This document shows, one piece after another, positions 8,042 through 15,339 of a stretch of DNA of 20,392 nt; positions within the stretch are counted from its first letter, which is position 1, and every line of letters begins with the position of its first letter. The DNA lies in the NCBI GenBank assembly GCA_000175855.1, contig ACYB01000023.1, positions 1 to 20,392 of the forward strand, given 5' to 3'. The stretch is from Raphidiopsis brookii D9. Its GTDB lineage: Bacteria > Cyanobacteriota > Cyanobacteriia > Cyanobacteriales > Nostocaceae. The notes under the pieces are model-generated. The model saw only the letters and a program-made list of their open reading frames with translations, had not been told where the DNA came from and searched no databases. The position numbers were made by a program, and so were the translations under genes.

Positions 8042-8175
8042 AATTGGGTGTGTCTTTCACTTGTCTATAATATACATGCTAAAAGTTGTACGGCTTATTT
8101 GTGACACGGTTTGTAACAATTAGTTATATAAGTAAACATTCTTGGTCACAATTATTAAGGTGTTGACTTTTTGGA

Positions 8176-8238
8176 GTAGTTTTTGTGGTAGTTTTCGTAG
8201 ATATATATAGGGATATATCAAGAATTATCAAGAACTAT
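8176..8238. repeat. stack of short tandem direct repeats in the cas10 / kinase-WYL divergent intergenic region
   Basis: Three repeat pairs are visible: GTAGTTTT at 8176 and 8188 (period 12), GATATAT at 8200 and 8212 (period 12), and TATCAAGAA at 8216 and 8226 (period 10). Any regulatory role is conjecture. Confidence 0.3.
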
Positions 8239-8326
8239 GAATGTTTTCTGGCTTTGTTAGATTTTGAGTTGCTTGTGTTACGTTTTTATCCTACACTGAG
8301 AATTTGGGTTGTAAATCTCTGCTCAT

Positions 8327-8352
8327 GCGAATGACAAAATTTTGTCGTTCGC
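8327..8352. promoter_or_regulatory. 26-bp near-perfect palindrome upstream of the kinase-WYL gene (operator or 5'-UTR hairpin candidate)
   Basis: The sequence is GCGAATGACAAAA|TTTTGTCGTTCGC. Twelve of 13 positions are complementary, and the single exception (T8332/G8347) would be a G-U pair in plus-strand RNA. It ends 25 nt before the ATG at 8377. Confidence 0.35.
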
Positions 8353-8376
8353 TGGAAAACTCTGGATTTCTACCCC

Positions 8377-10560
8377 ATGGTTAAAGCGAAAATAGTAGAC
8401 AAGTGTTCAATATCAACTAGTGTTATGTCAACTAGTCTTATATGCCATTTTTTAATTGGTCTCCCCGGTAGTGGTAAGTCCACTTTTGCTGCTCAGTTAG
8501 CTGGGTTGGGCAATTATCGCATTGTCTCTACCGATGCTATTCGTGAGGAATTATATGGAAACCAGTGTATTCAGGGTGATTGGACAAAAATCGAAGCTAG
8601 GGTAATATGTGACATTGTTGCTGCTACTAAAAATGGCTATCGTGTAATTTATGATGCTACAAATACCAGAAGAGTATGGAGACTAGATTTTTTAGAAAAA
8701 ATAAGTTTCCATCCTAGTTTATCCGTATTGTCTTCTTCTGTACAATGGATGGCCTGGTATTTAAAAACCCCTATAGAAATTTGTAAATATCGAAATCAAC
8801 AACGCAGTCGTCGGGTTCCAGATACAGTAATTGATGAAATGTACAGGAATTTGGAAAAATTTCCTCCCATTCCTGCTGAGGGATTTATAACTGTTAAAAA
8901 CATTTATGATAGTCTTGACAAGAATAAAGATGTTAATTTTCATGCTATGGGTTTTAATTTGGCGGAAATTATTGGTGAAATTAACCGGGTAGATAGAACA
9001 TCAATTAACCGCAGTAATCGTAATTCTCACATTAATCTCCATAGTTATAGTAAACTACGGGATTTTGAAAGACTGATGTATTTACTTTCTTTGATTATTC
9101 ACTATCCGGGAATTGGTAATTTACAATCAACCAACCCTAAGTTTTTAAATAGTATTTTTGGAGAGACTTCTAAGTTTGCCGATTCTTTGGCAGAAATTAT
9201 TGCTTTTATGGTCAAACTACATGGTAGTGTTTATGCTGATAGAAAGGCTATTAGTGCAGATTTACTATGGTTAGAAAAAAATTCATTTATTGGTGTGAAC
9301 ACTACAGCTAGATCAGGTTTATTGCCAATTGATATGGGAGAATATTTAGGTGATTTTCCTTTGTATTTGCCAACTCATGCTTATTCAGATTTACCAGCTT
9401 TTGAAAGATTGCTATACATAATTCAGTTCATTTTGCATCACCCATTTTCAGATGATCATTTAAATCATAACTCAAACCCTCGTCACAGTTCACTACAGAG
9501 TTTAATATCGGGGATGATAGAGCATAAAATGATTACTGGAAATGTTTTCAACTCCATACGTAAAGATATTGAGAAAGTTCTTAAACCCTATAAAATTCTA
9601 CCTAATTTCCCTATGCGTGATGGTTACTTTGCTGGAACTGCGATTTTATCAGACTTGGAATTAATTCAGGTTTTACAACTCCTACAATCTCAAGCTAAAA
9701 GTTTAAATGACCCGGTTACTTTAGAAATTTATGAGAAGTTTTCTGAGCGCATGCAAAAAGCTAAATTGGCAGATTCTGTTTATCCTGTTAGAGGGATTGC
9801 CAATCGTAGTATAATAGATCCTGAGTATTTACCCCCTGAATCCCTGAGCAGAAATACAGCAGTGCTAGAACAGGGGATCGCCGGGGGAAAGCTATTAGAA
9901 TTAAACCGATTTTCTGGTGTTGGTAAATTTGAGGGAGAGGAGACAGGATTCTTTTTAGCATTTCCATTGCAAATAGTTTTTCATAACCTGGCATGGTACT
10001 TAGGATATGAATTAATGAGTGGTGAAGAAAAGGGTTTATTAGGATTTCAAAGACTAGATAGATTGTTTATAGGTCGACCTCAAAACAAAACTCGTTCTCA
10101 AGAGGAACAGCAAGCAGCATTAAATAGATTGCAGATGCTCTGCGAATTTTGTGGAGGCATATTTTTGGGTCATTCTTATCAAGATCAAAAGCAATTCCTG
10201 GATGGCAATGAAACAGAGAAAGCACGTGTTTCGATGATGGTAGAATTGTGGTTTAATGACAAAATGTTCAGCTTTATAGCGGAGGGAACGAGAAGATTTT
10301 CCCCTCCACAGATGAAAATGTCATTACCGACAGTGGGTAGAAAATTAACCTTGCCCAAATCTATCTTCCGTTTGAAACCAACAGGAGATCTCAAATTTCC
10401 CCACCGGTTTCGGGTAACTTTACCTAAGTGGTGTGAAAAAGATGTTGAATTGGTAAGGTGGATTCTAGGTTTTCAGGGAGGTGTGAAAGTTGTCAAACCT
10501 CAATCATTAGCTGACCAAATTAAAAAAATTGGGGGAGACATACTTAATATTTACAGTTAA
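8377..10560 (+). CDS. fusion protein: Pnk/Pnkp-type P-loop polynucleotide kinase + two wHTH-like repeats + WYL domain + WYL C-terminal extension
   Basis: - **Kinase module (aa ~22-175).** It has Walker A GLPGSGKST (8458..8484), VSTDAIRE (Asp/Arg after the P-loop), IYDATNTRR, and the lid CKYRNQQRSRRVPDTVIDEMY. This is the same motif series I recall from T4 Pnk and Clostridium thermocellum Pnkp kinase modules.
- **Helical repeats.** Two internal units open with LRDFERLMYLLSLIIHYP (aa ~226) and LPAFERLLYIIQFILHHP (aa ~339). Each ends in an 'x-I-[SR]-x-D-[LI]' helix.
- **WYL domain.** LELNRFSGVGKFEGEETGFFLAFPLQIVFHNLAWYLGYELMSGEEKGLLGFQRLDRLF (about 9883..10071).
- **C-terminal extension.** The terminal VELVRWILGFQGGVKVVKPQSLADQIKK resembles the WCX extension of WYL proteins.
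- **Start codon.** It may instead be the ATG at 8425 (MSTSLICHFLIGLPGSGKST). Confidence 0.75.
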   Translation: MVKAKIVDKCSISTSVMSTSLICHFLIGLPGSGKSTFAAQLAGLGNYRIVSTDAIREELYGNQCIQGDWTKIEARVICDIVAATKNGYRVIYDATNTRRVWRLDFLEKISFHPSLSVLSSSVQWMAWYLKTPIEICKYRNQQRSRRVPDTVIDEMYRNLEKFPPIPAEGFITVKNIYDSLDKNKDVNFHAMGFNLAEIIGEINRVDRTSINRSNRNSHINLHSYSKLRDFERLMYLLSLIIHYPGIGNLQSTNPKFLNSIFGETSKFADSLAEIIAFMVKLHGSVYADRKAISADLLWLEKNSFIGVNTTARSGLLPIDMGEYLGDFPLYLPTHAYSDLPAFERLLYIIQFILHHPFSDDHLNHNSNPRHSSLQSLISGMIEHKMITGNVFNSIRKDIEKVLKPYKILPNFPMRDGYFAGTAILSDLELIQVLQLLQSQAKSLNDPVTLEIYEKFSERMQKAKLADSVYPVRGIANRSIIDPEYLPPESLSRNTAVLEQGIAGGKLLELNRFSGVGKFEGEETGFFLAFPLQIVFHNLAWYLGYELMSGEEKGLLGFQRLDRLFIGRPQNKTRSQEEQQAALNRLQMLCEFCGGIFLGHSYQDQKQFLDGNETEKARVSMMVELWFNDKMFSFIAEGTRRFSPPQMKMSLPTVGRKLTLPKSIFRLKPTGDLKFPHRFRVTLPKWCEKDVELVRWILGFQGGVKVVKPQSLADQIKKIGGDILNIYS

Positions 10561-10711
10561 CCGATATTAGAAATTGATTTAATATGGTATATTTATTAGT
10601 GTGGTATATTTTGTTCGTGTAACCTCGTGCCAAACGTGTTAAAAAGCTATAAAGGTTAACAAATAACTCCCAGACCAATAATATTAGAGATAAGCCCCTT
10701 GAGGTTTCCCT

Positions 10712-11383
10712 ATGTCCATATTCTGGCGTAAAGTGCTACAACTTCATCAAACCTATCTACTGCTAATGGCGATTGTGCTTGGTTTAAGTATCTTTTTCCA
10801 TGGGGTGGGTGTACATTCCCTGAGTCTAGGTTTGGGCAGCATTATTGCTGTGGGAATGGTAATCGCTTGGCTTTATTCATTATGGTTACAAATCAGTGCA
10901 AACTCTGTCAACCTGCTTGATACTGATAATTTCCGGCAACGGTTACAAAAAATTAGCAGTGATATAAGTAACAAATCAACTACGGAATGGCAAAAAGCAC
11001 AAACCTATGCCATTGAAAGTCATCAACTGTGTCAGGCAATTGTGACTCAAGAGAGCATTTTAACAGCGGAAATATTAGAAACCCTGTACACAGTTTTGAA
11101 TTTATCTGAGCAGGTAATTCATGCTATTTTAGCCCTGAAACAGGTTAAAACCGAGCGCTATCGCACTCTGACTAGAAATCACCTTCAAACAAGTTTAGAT
11201 CGCCTAAAAACTACTCACCATAATTTGCAACAACTTCAAGATCAAGTACTATTATCTTCGTTAGACAAAAATACGGTAAATACTGAATTTCCCCTGTTTT
11301 TAAAAACCCTGATCCAAGAAAATCGTTCTGTTGTGCAAACCATTATTCAAGACTCCACTCTAGCAAAGGAAAATGAATCATGA
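10712..11383 (+). CDS. membrane protein with two N-terminal TM helices and a helical cytoplasmic tail (possibly TelA/XpaC-like)
   Basis: The 223-aa product has hydrophobic segments LLLMAIVLGLSIFFHGVGV and LGSIIAVGMVIAWLYSLWL, followed by about 150 aa of heptad-like helical sequence. Its stop overlaps the ATG at 11380 as ATGA. The TelA/XpaC resemblance is only a guess from architecture. Confidence 0.55.
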   Translation: MSIFWRKVLQLHQTYLLLMAIVLGLSIFFHGVGVHSLSLGLGSIIAVGMVIAWLYSLWLQISANSVNLLDTDNFRQRLQKISSDISNKSTTEWQKAQTYAIESHQLCQAIVTQESILTAEILETLYTVLNLSEQVIHAILALKQVKTERYRTLTRNHLQTSLDRLKTTHHNLQQLQDQVLLSSLDKNTVNTEFPLFLKTLIQENRSVVQTIIQDSTLAKENES

Positions 11384-13136
11384 AAAAGACTATGGAGAAG
11401 ATGATAAAGAAGAATATATTCCCATTTTTTCCCTACTGGGACTGTGTTTGGTACTACTAGGTTCTTGCTCCGATATTCCTAAAGTTAGCTCGCTTGAAGA
11501 AGCAGCTCAGGTTTTACAAAAAAATGTCTTGCCACAAATTTCCATAAAAGATCAATTAGTTACCGATACCACTGCCCAGAGCTACTCTATTAAATCTGTA
11601 CAAGATCCTCTGCCATCTTTAGATAAATACCCTATTTATGGTCCACCTGACAGCATAAGTGCTGAAAATGTTTACCTGGAAATTTTTGGTTCCGCAGATA
11701 AATCCAATCCCCAGAAAGAAGATGAAAGGTGGCTAATTGATGTGGTAGATCAATTCAACGCTAAAAATCTAAAAACCTCTTCTGGTAAATTAATTCAGGT
11801 GGGTGTTCGCAATATTCCTTCCGGTATTGCTCAACGTATGATCGAAGCTAAGGTAGTTAAACCTACTGCTTATACCCCTTCCAATGAATTATGGATTGCT
11901 CTGCTGAAAAATGCAGGAGTTCAGATGGATATGGTGACCCCTAAACTCTTGCCAAATCAACCTGGTTTTATTTTAAATCAACAGGCCAAACAAGAAATTT
12001 TTGGCTCACAAGCAGTTACCTTTGATCGATTACTAGATGCGATTGTAGCGGGCAAGTTATCCGTGGGTTATACTAATCCCTATAGCAGTTCTAGTGGATT
12101 AAATCTCCTGTATACAATCTTTTGGCGGGGGGCGGGTCATCAACAAAGTGGGCAAACCCTAACCACTCTGGATTTACAATCCCCCAAAGTCAATTCTTTA
12201 TTTCAAGCCTTTCAAAAACAAGTTTTGGTGACAGGATTGACTACACTGGAACTAAAGGATATTTCCATAAGAGATCCTAAAAAGTTATCTGTTTTTGTCA
12301 GTGAAGGATTGACCTTTAATTCCTTGAAAAAAATTCCCGAATTTGCTAACTCCAGTTTTATTCCCTTTGGTGTTCCCCATAATAATCCTCTGGTTAAATT
12401 TAAGTGGACAACTCCGGAACAACAGGAGGGTTTAGAACTATTTGCTAAATTTGCTCAATCTGATCCAATGCAAAATTTAGCACCTCGGATGCCCCCAGAA
12501 GTTGCCCAATATCTCGCCCAAAAACAAGTTCCTCCTATTCCTTCTGGCGAGGTTTTAAGTTTAGGGCAAACATTTTGGAAAACACAAAAGGATGCGGGAA
12601 AAACCGTTTATTTAATGACGGTTATTGACACCAGTGGATCCATGTCTGGAGGTCCTTTAGAAGCAGTTAAAAATGGTTTACGAATTGCCAGTCAACAGAT
12701 TAATCCGGGAAATTATGTGGGCTTAGTCAGCTATGGGGATCAACCCATTAATTTAGTCAAATTGGCCCCCTTTGATGACCTTCAGCACAAACGTTTTTTG
12801 GCAGGGATAGATGGTTTAGAAGCAGACGGTGCCACAGCAATGTATGATGGCGTAATGGTAGGTTTGTCCGAATTGCTACAACAAAGAAAAACCAATCCTA
12901 ATGGCAAGTTTTATTTGTTATTACTGACTGATGGTCAAACTAATCAGGGGTTCAACTTTGAACAGGTAAAAGAGATTATTGAATACAGTGGTGTAAGGGT
13001 TTATCCCATCGCCTACGGTGAAGTCAATGAAGCAGAATTAAATGCGATCGCAGCTTTGCGGGAATCTACTGTGAAAAAGGGAACTCCTGAAAATGTGCAA
13101 GAGTTACTCAAGGGATTATTCCAAGTCAATTTATAA
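11373..13136 (+). CDS. von Willebrand factor A (vWA) domain lipoprotein with a periplasmic-binding-protein-like N-terminal region
   Basis: The lipobox is LVLLGSC. The C-terminal vWA domain has the MIDAS motif in VYLMTVIDTSGSMSGGPL, followed by DGATAMYDG and LLLLTDGQTNQG. The middle region (YTPSNELW...VGYTNPYSSSSGLNLL) looks like a solute-binding protein. See the finding on the start codon for the 5' end. Confidence 0.8.
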   Translation: MNHEKDYGEDDKEEYIPIFSLLGLCLVLLGSCSDIPKVSSLEEAAQVLQKNVLPQISIKDQLVTDTTAQSYSIKSVQDPLPSLDKYPIYGPPDSISAENVYLEIFGSADKSNPQKEDERWLIDVVDQFNAKNLKTSSGKLIQVGVRNIPSGIAQRMIEAKVVKPTAYTPSNELWIALLKNAGVQMDMVTPKLLPNQPGFILNQQAKQEIFGSQAVTFDRLLDAIVAGKLSVGYTNPYSSSSGLNLLYTIFWRGAGHQQSGQTLTTLDLQSPKVNSLFQAFQKQVLVTGLTTLELKDISIRDPKKLSVFVSEGLTFNSLKKIPEFANSSFIPFGVPHNNPLVKFKWTTPEQQEGLELFAKFAQSDPMQNLAPRMPPEVAQYLAQKQVPPIPSGEVLSLGQTFWKTQKDAGKTVYLMTVIDTSGSMSGGPLEAVKNGLRIASQQINPGNYVGLVSYGDQPINLVKLAPFDDLQHKRFLAGIDGLEADGATAMYDGVMVGLSELLQQRKTNPNGKFYLLLLTDGQTNQGFNFEQVKEIIEYSGVRVYPIAYGEVNEAELNAIAALRESTVKKGTPENVQELLKGLFQVNL

Positions 13137-13147
13137 GGTACTATTAA

Positions 13148-13564
13148 GTGTTTACATATATGGGTATCGGAATGAGAAGTGTCCTGAACGACAGACTAAT
13201 TAACATTAGGTTAATTGGCATTGTCCTCATCGGTTGGAGCGGTCTTTTAATTTCTGGGTTGGTACTGACCTATGTATTAGTAATCCCCAGTATGACATTG
13301 ATTATAGATCGTAGCTATTGTCCTTTGGATCAATGGCAAACCCAAGTAGTTATTCCCTATGGAGATCTGTATCGAAAATATGAGGATAAACAGTTAAAAA
13401 TTGAGTCCATAACGCTGTTTAGTGATCTTGGTCAGGAATCCTCGGAAAAAATTCCCACTCCCCAAGAAATTGCTAAACTAAACACCTATGGAAAGTTAAG
13501 TAGCAATCGACAAAAGTCCTTAGAAAAACTTTCCCAAACGTCAAAGATACTGGGGTGTCAATGA
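13148..13564 (+). CDS. small membrane-anchored hypothetical protein
   Basis: The 138-aa ORF starts at a GTG. It has one long hydrophobic stretch (LIGIVLIGWSGLLISGLVLTYVLVIPSMTLII) followed by a polar tail. It is the third gene of the cassette. ATGs at 13160 or 13172 are alternative starts. Confidence 0.45.
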   Translation: MFTYMGIGMRSVLNDRLINIRLIGIVLIGWSGLLISGLVLTYVLVIPSMTLIIDRSYCPLDQWQTQVVIPYGDLYRKYEDKQLKIESITLFSDLGQESSEKIPTPQEIAKLNTYGKLSSNRQKSLEKLSQTSKILGCQ

Positions 13565-13640
13565 CCATCTAATTATTGGCACAAAAGAGAATTTTTAATA
13601 GACATCTCCCCCATATGGGATCATACCTCAAGTAATAATT

Positions 13641-14159
13641 ATGCAAGTTATCTATCTACTCTTAGTTGCTGTAATGTTCCTGGGAATTATTGGTGCTGTA
13701 GTTCCAGCTATCCCTGGAAGTAGTTTGATTTTGATATCTATTATCATCTGGGGAATCGTGAATAATTCCTTTGTTACCATTAAAATTCCTCTGATTGTAA
13801 CAATAATTGTTTTACTTCTAAGTATGGGAGTTGATTTCCTTGCTGGTTATATTGGTGCGAAACAGGCCGGTGCTAGTAAGTGGGGACAAATTGGCGCATT
13901 TGTGGGTTTATTAATGGGATTTTTCGGATTATTACCCACTTTACCTTTTGGTGGACCATTATTAGGTATTCTATTTGGACCCCTATTAGGAGCAATTGTA
14001 GGTGAGTTCCTTTACCAAAGACGATTATGGCCTGCGGTCAAAGCTGGTATTGGAATTACTGTGGGAACGCTGGTGGGAAATTTGATTCAAGGTGTTCTAG
14101 CTATCAGCGCAGTCATAGTATTTTTATTGACAACTTGGCCCCAGGTATATGGTGGTTAA
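13641..14159 (+). CDS. DUF456-like integral membrane protein
   Basis: The 172-aa product is glycine-rich and polytopic. It contains GYIGAKQAGASKWGQIGAFVG...GPLLGILFGPLLGAIVGEFLYQRR, which matches my memory of the DUF456 family signature. Confidence 0.65.
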   Translation: MQVIYLLLVAVMFLGIIGAVVPAIPGSSLILISIIIWGIVNNSFVTIKIPLIVTIIVLLLSMGVDFLAGYIGAKQAGASKWGQIGAFVGLLMGFFGLLPTLPFGGPLLGILFGPLLGAIVGEFLYQRRLWPAVKAGIGITVGTLVGNLIQGVLAISAVIVFLLTTWPQVYGG

Positions 14160-14318
14160 TATCAAAGTTTGTGTAGGATATGGGGAGAAATGGACTTAAC
14201 TATTTGAGGGTAATTTAGACCAAGCTGACTCAGGAATTATCTTGACACCGAAAATATGGCGTTGCACCTGCACGGGATGATGTATAATTAAGGCGATCAC
14301 CGCGAGGAACAAATCAAG

Positions 14319-14423
14319 ATGAACTGTCCAAACTGTGATTCCAATCATATCGGAAAAAACGGACAGAGAAGGGGAAAACAAAATTATCAATGTAAGAATT
14401 GTGGTCGTCAATTTAAAGTTTAA
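14319..14423 (+). mobile_element. stub of an IS1-type transposase gene (InsA-like zinc-ribbon N-terminus only)
   Basis: A 34-codon ORF encodes MNCPNCDSNHIGKNGQRRGKQNYQCKNCGRQFKV*. It has CxxC...CxxC spacing and the 'KNG...QRY/NY-x-C-x-x-CGRQF' pattern of IS1-family InsA N-termini. The reading frame runs straight into the ghost repeat at 14415 and terminates there. The left boundary of the IS remnant is not determinable. Confidence 0.5.
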
Positions 14424-14577
14424 CAAATAACTCTCAGACAAATAATACTAGAGATAAACCCTTTGAGGTCTCTCTGTTAGACAAAAATACGGTAAATGGT
14501 GTCAATGACTATCTAATCATTGGCACAAAAGAGAATTTCCAATAGATATCTCCCCCAGATGCGATCGCACCTCAAGT
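14415..14577 (+). repeat. collapsed 'ghost' copy of the 10651-13633 cassette (5' leader + internal 22-mer + 3' end/intergenic region)
   Basis: Hand alignment gives three matching blocks:
- 14415..14475 matches 10651..10711 at 53/61.
- 14476..14497 matches 11260..11281 at 22/22.
- 14498..14577 matches 13554..13633 at 71/80. Confidence 0.85.
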
Positions 14578-14649
14578 GAACCATTTAAAATTAGTTTTCA
14601 AAAACTGTGTGGTAAGATAGATGAAGTGATTGACCCAGGAAAGAAAATT

Positions 14650-15141
14650 ATGGCATCTGCACAAAAACTTACAAACGTCAACATTGGAATCAGTGAACAA
14701 ATGAGAGGCAAAATTGCCCAAGGTTTATCCTGTTTATTGGCCGACACCTATTCACTTTACCTGAAAACTCATAATTTCCATTGGAACGTCACCGGTTCAA
14801 TGTTCCAAACTCTACATTTAATGTTTGAGACCCAATACACAGAATTGGCCTTGGCAGTGGATTTAATTGCTGAGAGAATTCGTGCACTAGGTTACCCCGC
14901 CCCCGGAACTTATAGCGAATATGCTCGACTTACGTCCATTCCTGAAACTCCAGGAGTTCCCAAAGCGAAGGAAATGATCCAATTACTAGTGGAGGGCCAA
15001 GAAGCAGTGGTGAGAACTGCACGGTCCATTTTTCCCTTGTTAGATGAGGTTAATGATGAACCTACTGCGGATTTGTTGACCCAAAGGATGCAAATTCATG
15101 AGAAAACCGCCTGGATGTTAAGAAGTTTACTCGAAGACTAG
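14650..15141 (+). CDS. dps: Dps-family DNA-protection/ferritin-like protein
   Basis: [35 protein letters not shown]...ERIRALG...DLLT is the classic Dps ferroxidase-centre region. The ORF-track start is a GTG at 14626. The in-frame ATG at 14650 with AGGAAAG upstream is the more likely start. Confidence 0.9.
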   Translation: MASAQKLTNVNIGISEQMRGKIAQGLSCLLADTYSLYLKTHNFHWNVTGSMFQTLHLMFETQYTELALAVDLIAERIRALGYPAPGTYSEYARLTSIPETPGVPKAKEMIQLLVEGQEAVVRTARSIFPLLDEVNDEPTADLLTQRMQIHEKTAWMLRSLLED

Positions 15142-15339
15142 GACTGGAACAATTGTCAGAAATGTCTTACATTTGGTAGTGTTTCTAGCAGATGCGATCG
15201 CCTCTGATATTCTCGGGGAGAATACTTGATAAAATAATTTCCCCTTGACAAATCCAACTGGTGACCACTCCTTAATTTTATTCTAATTATTCCAAACTCC
15301 AGTAAAATAGCTCTCAACAGGTTTACCAGGTGTAGCAAA

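Noticed and set aside
8755-8763. A literal W-Y-L tripeptide (MAWYLK) inside the kinase domain, as a possible second WYL domain
   Set aside because: It lies in the middle of the P-loop kinase fold, between the DATN and lid motifs, and lacks the surrounding WYL-domain beta-strand pattern. It is a coincidence.
8761-10394. Three minus-strand ORFs (8761..8943, 9788..9994, 10185..10394)
   Set aside because: All are embedded antisense in the kinase-WYL gene. They are AT-rich shadow ORFs with no motifs.
14196-14441. 81-aa minus-strand ORF
   Set aside because: It overlaps, on the opposite strand, the IS1-type zinc-ribbon stub and the ghost leader. The plus-strand reading has recognisable homology, whereas this ORF is a hydrophobic translation of AT-rich sequence.
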